This document shows, in pieces, positions 39,660-50,954 of a DNA stretch of 64,000 nt. Each line of letters opens with the position of its first letter. Positions within the stretch are counted from its first letter, which is position 1. Made by a program: the position numbers and the translations under genes. The notes under the pieces are model-generated. The model was not told the origin of the DNA and made no database searches. It worked only from the letters and a program-made list of their open reading frames with translations. The stretch covers positions 83,020,001-83,084,000 of the forward strand of contig NW_024704742.1 in assembly GCF_018977255.1 (NCBI RefSeq). The letters run 5' to 3'. The stretch comes from Callorhinchus milii (lineage: Eukaryota).

Positions 39660-41137
39660 TCCTGAAAAACCCTCCCTAGATCCCTCAAACCCCAGCCATT
39701 ACCGCCCCATTTCTAACCTGCTCTTCCTCTCAAAAGTTCTAGAACGTGTTGTTGCCAACCAACTTCGCGCACACCTCTCCTCCCACTCACTCTTCGAACC
39801 CCTCCAGTCCGGTTTCCGCCCTGTCCACAGTACAGAGACTGCGCTTGTGAAAGTCACAAACAACATCCTCTCTATCTGTGACCAGGGCTCCCTTTGTCTC
39901 CTTGTCCTCCTGGACCTCTCCGCTGCGTTCGACACAGTCGATCACGCCATCCTCCTCCACCGCCATTCCTTGTCATCCACCTCAGTGAGACCTTACTCAC
40001 CTGGTTCAAGTCCTACCTCACATCTGCATAAACGGCTTCTCCTCCCGCTCTCTCCCGGTTACCTGCGGGGTATCCCAAGGATCCATCCTTGGCCTCCTCC
40101 TCTTTCTGATCTATATGCTCCCTCTTGGGGATGTCATCCGCAGACATGGGGTACATTTCCACATGTATGCGGACGACACCCAACTCTATTTTTCCACCTC
40201 ACTTTGCGACCCCCAGTACCCTGATGTTCTGTCAGCCTGCCTGTCAGACCTCAGGGGCTGGATGAGCTCAAACTTCCTTCAGCTGAACGTTGACAAGAAG
40301 GAAGCCATACTCTTCGGCTCTCGTCAACATCTAAAATCTCATGGTTCTCACCTCCTCCATCTACCTGACCTCCCCCTAAACTCTCCGAACCCGTACGCAA
40401 CCTAGGCGTCAGGTTCGACCCCCAATTATCCTTCCTCCCCCATATCCGGTCCCTCACCAGCACCGCCTTCTCCCACTTCCGACGCATCACCCGTCTCCGC
40501 CAATACCTCTCCCCAAAAGCGCTGAAACTCTGGTCCATGCCTTTGTCACCTCTCGGCTGGATTATTCTAACGCCCTCCTCGCCGGTCTCCCATCCATTAC
40601 CATCCATAAAATCCAACTCATTCAGAACTCTGCCGCCCGCATTCTCAACCGCACGAAACTCCGCTCCCCGATCACCCCAGTCCTTGCCAGACTGCACTGG
40701 CTCCCTATCCCAGAGAGGATCGATTTCAAGATCCTCACCCTTGTATTCAAGTCCCTGCACTCCTCTTCACCGCCCTACCTCTCTGACCTCCTCTCTCCTC
40801 AGCACAGTACCCGTTGCCTTCGTTCCTCCGGGTCTGGCCTCCTCCTTGTCCCCCAAGTTCTCCGCTCCACCTTCGGTGGCCGTGCCTTCAGCCACTATGC
40901 CTCAAGTCTCTGGAACTGCCTTCCTCACTCCCTTCGTCTCGCTCCCTCCCTTCCCATTTTCAGGTCTCTGCTGAAGACCTTTCTTTTCGACCGCGCCTTT
41001 GGTCACTTTCCCACCCCTCCCCTTCCCCCTGGCTCGGTCCCAGGATCCTAAACTGTAAAGCGCTCTGAGACGCCGTCCGGTGTGGAGGATGCTATGTAAA
41101 TCCAAGTTGTTGTTGTAAATCCAAGTTGTTGTTGTTG
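39660..41137 (+). mobile_element. L2-clade LINE, 5'-truncated, frameshifted reverse transcriptase
   Basis: [49 protein letters not shown] and LHWLPI motifs; (TTG)n tail. Confidence 0.95.
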
Positions 41138-42617
41138 ATGTGCCTGTGTGAGAGAAAATGTGTTTGTGTATTTGTGTTTATGTGTCTGAGTGAGAGTATG
41201 TGAATGGTTGGATGAATATGTCTATGTGAGTGCGTTGTGGGTAAGTGTGTGTTTCTGTGTGAGAGAGTGTGTGTTTGTATGGAACTATGTTAGTGTGTGT
41301 GTACCCCAGTGGGCAGTTCCATCCTTGAAAATTATCTGGCTGCCATGCGTGCACACACATTGTGCCAACATCAAAAGGTGGAAACAAACACAGCCGTAAG
41401 CTGCCTGGGTTCGCACTCCTCTCACAGCAGGTTGTGGAGATTTCTGGCTTTAATTTTAGCAGGGTGCAAGCACAGCACTTAACTGTGTCACAAGTGGCAT
41501 TACTGTCAGTGCCTGTTGCTCCACTTAGCATTTTCAGCAGCTATATTGCTGACTGGCGCTTGAGATGACACATTAATGGAAATTTTGCTTGTCTCGCCCT
41601 GTCAATAGCAGATATGGCACAGAGAGACACCCTGCTTTGCTGCAAGTGAGTGGGAGTTACTAAAAGGGTCCTGACCTTCACTGTACCACTTTTGTCTAAC
41701 ATGGCTTGGACTCTGGTTTGCCGCACCAGTGCTTCTCGGAAATAAAAGTGGAGTTCTATAAGCTTCCTCTCTTATTTTCGACCAAAAGTAATTTTCAGGA
41801 CCTTAAACACACATTTCCACTTTGTGCAATTTCACTCCCTGCTGCATGTGGGTTTTTTGTTTGTTCCTGGTACATATTACAACAGCTGAGGTTGCAGTGT
41901 CACCTCCAAACCACAAACATTCTGCTCACTTGGTAAAGGCGATTTATCCAAACATGGCAAACGGTGCAGAAAATGAAACCAAAACGCCTGCCTTCACGGT
42001 CGAACAGAAACACTTGGCACTTGACCTTTAAGGACCGGAGCAGGGTGGTATGTCACTTCCATCAGTAGCAGGTGGGTGCCAGTTACAGTCAATAAGCAGG
42101 CCTCTCATTGTGTGTGGTCGGTAGGTACCCTGCAAATTCACTTAGATCTTTTCCTTTGGAACGTAGCCTTTTTGTAATAGATGCAGAAGGTGAAGCGTCC
42201 CCAACTGCTTGCAGCTGTTGACAAAGGGTAGGTAATAAACACAGAGTATTAGAGGAATTAAACAGATGTAAGGTCTTAACTTGCAGGTAGGTAATATTAC
42301 TTGTAGGTTCCATTTTCAGATATTGATTTCCCTCAACATCTCCCCATTTTCTAGTTTGACTTTTATGCGAACGATTATTTCTAAGTTTGCTTATATAAGC
42401 CAAGGTGTCACAATTTTAATTTTGCGACGCACATTATTTTTTTTGCTCTATGATTTGTACATTCTTTTGAGTTGATGGATACGCTCCTGTTACTTTCAGT
42501 TTCATTTTTTTATTGTTATTATTTTATTCTTTTCCTTTTACGCACTGATCCCTCACTCCCTCCCCCACCTCCTCCCCACACTTCACCCCGTACTTTTACC
42601 CAACTTCCTAAAATTAG

Positions 42618-42923
42618 AGCCATCAGCCCCACCTCAGGACATCAGGTGTACGAGCCCAAGCTCCACCAGTATTTTGGTAAGTTGGCTGCCCCCACCAGCA
42701 GAAAACCAGAACGGCATCATCACCAAATACTCCATTAAATATATGGTGACTGACGGAGAGGACACCTCGGCTGAAGAGATGGTAGCCATTGCGCCAGACA
42801 CGACACAACGCTTGCTGGAACATTTGGAGAAGTGGACTGAGTACCGTCTCACTATGATCGCCCACACCGAGGTCGGGCCCGGCCCAGAGAGCTCTCCCAT
42901 ACTGATCCGCACAGACGAGGATG
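42618..42923 (+). CDS. PTPRD: PTPRD exon, FNIII-4 ([23 protein letters not shown]...[10 protein letters not shown])
   Basis: aattag|AG...GATG|gtacgt; 306 nt; ORF 42674..42937. Confidence 0.95.
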
Positions 42924-43750
42924 GTACGTTGGCTTAACATCACCAATTGGCAACTTGCTACCCTTAACAACTTCTCCCTATTCTGATGCCTCTTTTTTGG
43001 CAACTTTGTCTCACTATTGCTTCCAGCCCTCCTCTGTTCCACTGAGGACTCCCCTTCTATATCACTTTCATGCCCAGGGTTCTTCTAAAGTCCAAGATTG
43101 CTTTCATCCCAAACGTGCTATTCTCTGATGGTTTTTTGCCTCTCAAACACTTGTAGGCTGATCTTCTTGATAGTGGCCCGATTAATATTCCTTCTACCGT
43201 TCTGATTTGATAGGATCACCTATAACACATCTTATGAAACAATTCACACTGTACCACACTGACATAAGACGGTCATGTCCATGACTATTTTTACCTGGAT
43301 TTCATGAGGTATTGGTTAGCAAAAGGAAAAACAAATTACTGACATAGAGACCCAAGACAATTGCCATTTTTCTCCACAACAAATATATTTTTCCAATCAT
43401 TTTTATCAAGCAAAAGGAAAAAAAATATTGTATTTTGTGATGCTTTGCGATTCAAAGCATCATCCTTGGCTGCCTTTTTTTTCCTGTTTTTTGTATTTGT
43501 GCCTTTTAATCCATGTATTTTCACATTTTTCCACATTTTTGATGTTGTAGAAAGGTAGCAACTCAGGAGTTTCTTTTTTTCCAACGTGTAAAGCATTTTT
43601 GGGCAGAGTTTCGAAGAACTGGCACCCTTTCCTACAGCTCCCTAAAGGAGATAGTGTGACGTTGTCCTCTGTGCTGTTAGTGTGCTGACTGGGAGGGACA
43701 AGGCACTATTTTCCTTTTTTTTTTCTTTTAATACAATGGTATTCTTCCAG

Positions 43751-43944
43751 TTCCTAGTGGTCCTCCTCGCAAAGTCGAGGTAGAGGCTTTGAACTCAACA
43801 GCTATTAAAGTGTCGTGGCGCTCGCCTGTTCCAAATAAGCAGCATGGACAAATCCGAGGCTATCAAGTGCATTACGTGAGGATGGAGAACGGAGAGCCCA
43901 GAGGACAGCCCATGCTCAAGGACGTCATGCTGGCAGATGCACAG
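43751..43944 (+). CDS. PTPRD: PTPRD exon, FNIII-5 first part ([17 protein letters not shown]...[11 protein letters not shown])
   Basis: ttccag|TT...GCACAG|gtaacc; 194 nt, phase 1-0. Confidence 0.95.
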
Positions 43945-44812
43945 GTAACCACCCCTTACAACACCGGCACTAAACACAGCGACCACACTTTTCCTAATGC
44001 TCCATAATACGTCTTGAAAAGTCAACATTTCTTTTGTGGATTTCTTACATTTTCCTCTTCAATTTAATCTGTGGGGATGTTTTGTTGAAGGGAGTCAGTC
44101 GTACGTCGGTTCAACTAGCATAGCGGGCATGATCTCTGCACACATGAGAACATGTAATGCAGTTTTTAAAGGAAGCAAATATCTGCTTAAAAACATCCTT
44201 GTAATCCTAGATTGGATTACTTTTTTTATAAAAAAATACAATTAAAAATACATAGCTTCAGGCTCTATTATGTGTTTTCTTCAAAAAAATGTTGATACTT
44301 TCATGAAGTTGTTTATTGTTAGTTACAAAGTGATATTTTGGAGCGGGACTTAGAAACACTGCAGCTAGTGCTCATCTGATGTGTGTGAAACTGATGATAT
44401 TACTAGGGTCAATGCTAGCATCCAGTGGGAGCTTATTTCTCTCACCTTTTCAGATTCTTCAGTAACTCTGATAGGAGAAAGGTGCAATGCCTGGAATAAC
44501 AACAGCTCCTATCATTCCAGTCTCACAGAGGTGGCGTAATCATGGTGGGAGCTATCAATAAAATGCTTTCAGCACGTTTGAGTTAATTGGATTCGAGGCT
44601 TCCTTTTTTAAATCCAAGGTTAAAAAGCCTGATCATTGTACTCACATTAAGGGGACCTAGGGGAAGGAAGAGAAGGTATACATGTGGTCTTTAGGATCAG
44701 GTGAAAAAATGTAATTATTCATAACTGATTTAAACAATATATTAGATAAACAAATCACCCCTATCTGCTTACAATGAGATAGAAATGAGATGCATTGGAG
44801 CACTGTTGGCTT

Positions 44813-45132
44813 ATAATAATAATAATAGTCCTTGCATTTGATATAGCGCTTTTCACGTCGGGAGGACGTCCCAAAGCACTTCACAGAACACACTGTAAAG
44901 TGAATTGACTGTATATATTTGTGGGTGAACGCGGCAGCCAATTGCGCACAGCAATGTCCCACAAACAGTCGTAGATTGAAAATGACCAATTTATTATTGT
45001 TTTTGGTTTTGGAGGGATTATTATTAGGCTCTGTGTGGAGTAAGGAAACTTGCCCAAGGTTTCGCCCTGTGCCTGGAATTGAACTCAGGTCTCTCACTTG
45101 CAAAGCGAGTGCTCTAACCACTGAGCTACAGG
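44813..45132 (-). mobile_element. Young near-full-length tRNA-Ala-derived SINE
   Basis: Nearly identical to the 14781 and 26869 copies. Confidence 0.92.
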
Positions 45133-45263
45133 CTTCTCTGTTATTCAGTTAATGGTGAATCTTTTAGTGGATCTCGGAATTTGAGTCGCAAGGGTAGAAT
45201 TCACAACCAGTGCAGAGTTGTCTCAGTTAAGATACAGCAACCATTATTAGGTATTGCCTAGAA

Positions 45264-46283
45264 AAACATAAGAACGTAAGAAATGCTAGGTGAAAACAGA
45301 TCGAGGTCCATCGAGTTTGCCTTCCACCTTCCTGGTGGTACCATGCACATACGTCCCGAACTACCTATGTACTATATCCCATAATGTTATTTCCTAAAAG
45401 AAAGCTATCTAATCTGTGTTTGAAAGAATCAGCACTTCCTGCTTCAACCGTCTTCTTAGGGAGCCTGTTCCACAGGTTCACTATTCGCTCACTGAAATAG
45501 TGTTTGCGTAGATTTGTTCTGAATTTACCACCCTTCAATCGCAGGCCGTGTCCTCTGGTTTTATATTCTGGACAGCCTGTCATGCTTTATATTGTGTTGC
45601 CCTTTTAGAATTCTAAAGACAGCAATCATGTCGCCACTCAATCTTCTCTTTTCCAGTGTGAACATGCCCAATTTACTTAGTCGCTCCTCATAGTTCAGTC
45701 CCTCCATTCCCTCAATCATTTTGGTTTCCCTCCTCTGTATCTTCTCGATTTTTCTGATATCCTTTTTGTACTGCGGCAACCAGAACTGTACACAGCAGTC
45801 TAAGTATGGTCTCACCATTTTAGCTTGCTGTTGATCATTTGATACATCCCAACATCTGGTTTGCTTTACTCACAATAAAGCATTGTTTGGAGAGCTTAAA
45901 TTTATTGTCAATTAGGACCCCCAGGTCCTTTTCATTTTCCATACATATTATTTTCCTTCTGTTCAAATAATAGGCCCTTTCAGGATTTTTTGTCCCCATG
46001 TGAAATACTTTACATTTCTCCACATTGAATTTCATCTGCCACTGATCTGCCCAATTCCCAAGTATGTTCAAATCCTCCTGTAACCTATCTTGTTCAGCTT
46101 TGCAATCTACTGTCTTCATTAGCTTCGTGTCATCTGTAAACTTAGCCACTCTCCTTGCAACTCCTAGTTCCAGATCATTTATAAAAATATTAAACAAATG
46201 AGGTCCCAAAACAGACCCTTGTGGAACTCCATCGGTAACATTGACCCAGTCTGATGACATTCCCTGTACCACCACCCTCTCCG
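45264..46283 (-). mobile_element. CR1-clade LINE, 5'-truncated, disrupted ORF2
   Basis: Minus-strand ORFs GVPQGSVLGPHLFNIFINDL, KFTDDTKL, WQMKFNVEKCKV, LDCCVQFW and TRGHGLRL; (TTCTTATG)-type tail. Confidence 0.95.
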
Positions 46284-46849
46284 TTGGTTGACTGGAACCA
46301 ACGCAGTGGTTCTGGTCAACCAAAAACAGGCAATGTTAAACCTACCCTAACACTGTTACAAGAACTGATTAACCCAACTCAGTCCTGGGATTCGTATGCT
46401 TTCAAATTGAAACCGGATTCAGCATTGCACCGGCTGTTTTATTGCCATTGAAGCAGATGTAGATTGGGTTTCGACATGAAAATTGTGCTGCAAAAAATCC
46501 AAGTGGATTTTTTTTGGCATCGACTAATCTGCAGACATTGCTCCCTGCTATGAGCTGCAATATTAGCGAGAATGGCTCTGGTAGTCCTAATCTTAATAAG
46601 GCTCATTTAAATGCAGTTCTGATGGTGGCAATCTACAGTAATTCTATCACTGACTGAACATGCACACAGTGTGTTCTTTGAGGTCTCTGCCGATCAGAAT
46701 CAAGAGGCTTTAAATTTTATAGCACAGAAGGAGGCCATTTGGCCCATTGTCTCTGCACCAGGACTCAGAATGAGCTATCTGTCCAGGGCCACTTCCCTGC
46801 CCTTTCTCATACAGCTTATTGTTTGTCTTTGTCAAATATTTGTCTAACT

Positions 46850-47130
46850 GCATGTTCCTCCCCCGCACACAACACTAAGTGAAAACCCTCTCTGTCTATT
46901 CTATTTCCCTCTCTCCCCCCCACACAGGCAGTGCCAGCCCTTTCCCCGATCATCCTGTTTCCCCTCCCCACAGCCCTAACCCCCCAAGCCCCACAAACAC
47001 ACATTACCAGCCCTCTACCTGTCCATCCAGTTTCCCCTCCCCTTCACACAGCCCTAAAACCCCCACCTCCACACACACACACTGCCAGCTCTCTCCCAGC
47101 TCTTCACACATAAGCCTGTCTTTTTCCTTT
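46850..47130 (+). repeat. C/A-rich low-complexity degenerate repeat
   Basis: Repeated ccccacacacag...gccagccct...gtttcccctccc...acagccctaa units. Confidence 0.65.
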
Positions 47131-47181
47131 CCACCTGGACATTCTATTCAGAGTTGCTGATACTGTGGTATTTTATGATAA

Positions 47182-47316
47182 AATAATCCTAATAATCCTT
47201 GCATTTGATATAGCGCTTTTCACGTCGGGAGGACGTCCCAAAGCGCTTCACAGAACACACTGTATAGTGAATTGACTGTATATTTGTGGGCGAACCCGGC
47301 AGCCAATTGCGCACAG
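47182..47316 (-). mobile_element. 5'-truncated young SINE
   Basis: Reverse complement of the SINE 3' 130 nt; homology stops at gcgcacag. Confidence 0.9.
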
Positions 47317-47734
47317 ATTACAGTTTTTGATTTGTGAAGCTATGATGATAGCTTCACAAATCAAAAACAAAATCAATGGATCTCTCAAATTTATTTCAAT
47401 TGTGCCACTTAGCTGACAGGACCAGAGAATCAAACAGAGGAACGATTGATTCTTTTAATTATTTCTGGACTGTTCCTTTTCCAATTTTTGATCATGAGAA
47501 TAATTGAACAGCTGGAACTGTATCATTAATAGAGAATGTAGCACTGTATTACATTCTCTATTAACAATACTGTTGAGTGTGTAAGATAGTATACCCGAGA
47601 ATAGTAAATGCAGTATTTCTAACAGGATTCTTAATATGGAATCTGAGTCCTGTGAATTGGGAACTCCTTCCACTAACAGGAAACGTGTCACCCTGACCCA
47701 CAGGAACTCTAAACACTCTTAAATGCTTTTTGGG

Positions 47735-48138
47735 GCTCGATTGGTAGTCAGAAGGCAGATGGCTTGTGGGTTCAATTCCCATTTCACAACTTTTAACTCA
47801 TATGGTATAGGTTAACACTCCAATGCAATGCTGGGGGTGTACTCGTTGTCAGATGTGCCGTCCTTCAGGTGAGATGTTAAACTGATATCCTGTCTGCCCG
47901 TCAGATAGATGTAAAAGATACTATGCCATCATTCAAAAACAGAAAAGGAGTTTCGCACGGTGTCCTGGCCAACAATCCCCCAAATAAAATTGGTCATTCG
48001 CTTTATTTCTCTATGCAAATTGGCTGCCAGATTCGCCTACAAAATACACAGTCACAGCACTTTTCAGAAAATCCTGTGAAGTGCTTGGATACATCCTCCC
48101 AACATGAAAGGTAATATAGCAAATATAAAGATTATTAT
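47735..48138 (+). mobile_element. Older Deu-domain-type SINE with degenerate tRNA-like head
   Basis: gtgggttcaattccc B-box; gatgtgccgtccttcaggtgagatgttaaac...ggtgtcctggccaacaatc; shared tail. Confidence 0.78.
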
Positions 48139-50927
48139 TGCTCGAAATTACTTCGACCAATTTCAACAGATAAATGAAATGGATTAATTCATTTATCTAT
48201 TGAAATGGGCCAAAGTAAGAAAATTAGATAATGCAAAGGTTACAGGGAGGAAAGGAGGCAGAGAACACAAGAGTGCAGAGATGTGGAGTGCAGGAATTTT
48301 CAATGCCAGCTGAAAAGAATGTTAGAGTTCCAAAGAGGGCCCTAGAGAGGAGCCCAACTAAACACATTAAATGTAATATTAAAACAAACTCCTTCCAGTA
48401 CCGCAGCTGTAAAAGAGAGGAAGTAAAAACTCTAAAAGATAGAGTAGGTAGTGAAGGTAAAAGGAGACTGAATTGCTAAAATATTTAATGAATATTTTCT
48501 GGAAGAATTCACTGGAGAGGTGAGTGCTAATTTTCCATCCAGTTTCTGACAGGCACCCAGAGGAATCTAGAGTGTTAAGAGGTGTTTGATAAATTATGAG
48601 CAACTTAAGACAAGGATTGCCCTAGATTTGATTCTAAATGTGTTCAATAAAACCAGGGTTAAAACATAAAGCGGCATTGGCTGTCACCATGGAAAAACTG
48701 CTGAGCACTGGTGATATTACTGTCCAGAACTCTGCAGCCCATGTCCTTTCTTGCCCCAGGCTCTGCGAACCTATCACCCCATCCTCACCTGGATCCATTA
48801 GTTCCCCAAATCACAGGGAGTCGCGGAGCCTGATTCTTAGCAGGCACCAACCTGCTACATGTCCCATCCCACCATCAGTGGTTGAGCTTGCAGCCTTTCT
48901 GCCACCACTCTCTAGAACTCCATCCCCGAGTGACCTATATTAATGGGAAGTTAATGTATTATACAGTGTGAGGCTGTGAAAATTCAATGTTGCTCCAATG
49001 TAACCCAATCAATCTGCAGCGTGGTTTCATCAACGTAAAGGGTTGGATAGCCCTGCAATTACAGCAAAACATGGTTGTCCCTTTGAGGGAGTATCCATAC
49101 AATGTTTTGCCCCCAGGAGATGGGTGGTGGGGTGTAGGCCAGGTTTGTGTGACCATGGGCAGGGGCAGATTTCGCAAACCAAATGTGTTTTTTGTCTCTC
49201 TCTCGTTCCATGCATTCTTATGTTCTTATTAGGTAACGTAATACTTGTACTTCAGAGTAAGCCAAGAAAATAGGACTGGAGGGAATTGGTGGAAATTGGT
49301 GAACCGTGCAGTAAAGCTAGGTTAGGGCTAGGTCTGGAGTTAGGTTATATTTTAACATGGGCAGAGGGGAATTGAACATGTCTTGTGTTTCCCATTACCT
49401 CCTATTGCTGGAGTTCTATGTAGTTTATTTTGAGGATTTCATTGTACTATTTTAGAATGTTGGAAGAAATGGAGAAAGAATAGGTTTGTTTTCAGTGATA
49501 GCTCAGGACTCATTTCTGTTCGAGGGCTGTTTTCATTCGTATGTGGTAAGTTGGCCACTTCCAGGGGAAAAGGTGGTCTTTAGGGTTTATAATTTCAGGA
49601 TATAATAAGGAGGCCATATCTAGTCTTCTTAACTTAAAGGTTAATGTTTAAAGCCATTCTTAGGGTTCAGAAGTTCAATCTGGGGTGTGGAGACCATTCT
49701 GGGTGATCACTGTTTGTTGCTGCAAATAACAGGTTCCTTAGCCTCCTGTACATTCACTGTTCCATTGTGTCAGTGTCTTCACCTCTACCCTTTGAGTTCG
49801 GGAATTCATAGTGTTATGAGGGGGGGGTTGCAGTTAGATCCAAGATTACCATTAGAAAGGTTTGCCTTATTGATCTGCTTGCTTCTTAAGTCCACTCTCT
49901 CTTTCTCTTCTCGTCAATTTCCTTGATGAATATTAAAATACAACAATACTGTACAATCCAAACTCAAACTCATGTAGCACCTTCCACATCAGGAGGTGAA
50001 ATCTTGTGTTTCTGGTACCTCTAATTGCTGGAGTTGTGTATAACTTACCTTGGTTCTTGAATGTAGTAATATCAGAGGGGTGGGGAGAGGTGGGGATTGA
50101 AAGCTAGGCTTTAATTTCCATTTGAGTGTCATCCCTATAGGGGAGAGGTTAGGTTAAGCCAAGAGTTTTGACTGTAGTGCAAAAACATTCCAAAGGAAGG
50201 GATCTTATTTCTGAGTGTGAGTTTGTTTTTATGAGTCTCGAATTGAACAGATTCATGTTAGCAGACGGAGACTGTTCGAGCTGAGGAGATTTATTTGAAG
50301 GCTGTACTTTAATAACTTCAGTATTCACTTGACATTTGCAAGTGGAGTTCCAAATATGTATTTATACTGTGGTTCCGTCTAACATACAGTTTAGAAATTT
50401 AGATTGAATTTAAGAATTTTTCAAACATTTCTACTTTTTTAAAAAATATTAAGAGAAAGGCAACCAACGCAAGGATTCTTTGGCCTTAGAACTGCTGACT
50501 GCTGGGTGAATTTTATATTTCATGACCTCTCCCTGCAAAACTGACCTACACACCAGCCTCTGAAATATCGATCGAAGAATTCCTGCGTCGGCTCGATTAA
50601 AAAGTCTCTCGATTTTTTTTAAAAAATCGCTCAACCAGAAAAGCAACAGCAGCTGAGAAAGAGGCATGACTGCAGATTTAATATTTTTTGGTAACACCTT
50701 TAAAGTCTGTTGAAGTGCTGATCAAAAACAACATATAAATTAAATTTATATAACGCCTTTCACGTTAGGAGAACATCCCAAGGCAGTCAAGGGTTTGCAC
50801 CCGAGCTGGGGGTTGGAATTAGTAGGGGTAAAGAAGCTTGAAAAATATTGCAGTCATCCTATGCACTTGAAAGCTTTTATTCCATATCTCGTTTTTTTTC
50901 TTTCGTTCTTGTTTTTGTCTCACTCAG

Positions 50928-50954
50928 TGGGAAACTGATGACTCTGCCGAACAT
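50928..50954 (+). CDS. PTPRD: PTPRD microexon meC (WETDDSAEH) within FNIII-5
   Basis: T-rich tract, then cactcag|TGGGAAACTGATGACTCTGCCGAACAT|gtgagt; 27 nt, phase 0-0. Confidence 0.93.

Noticed and set aside
44657..45121. 154-aa ORF with paralogous ORFs at 14829 and 26947
   Set aside because: Chance reading frames through SINE copies (the KDYYYY end comes from the TTA tail).
49270..50300. Possible ancient LINE remnants (also about 27190-27530, 28390-28780, 33790-34480)
   Set aside because: Composition is suggestive, but I could not read diagnostic motifs to assign a family.
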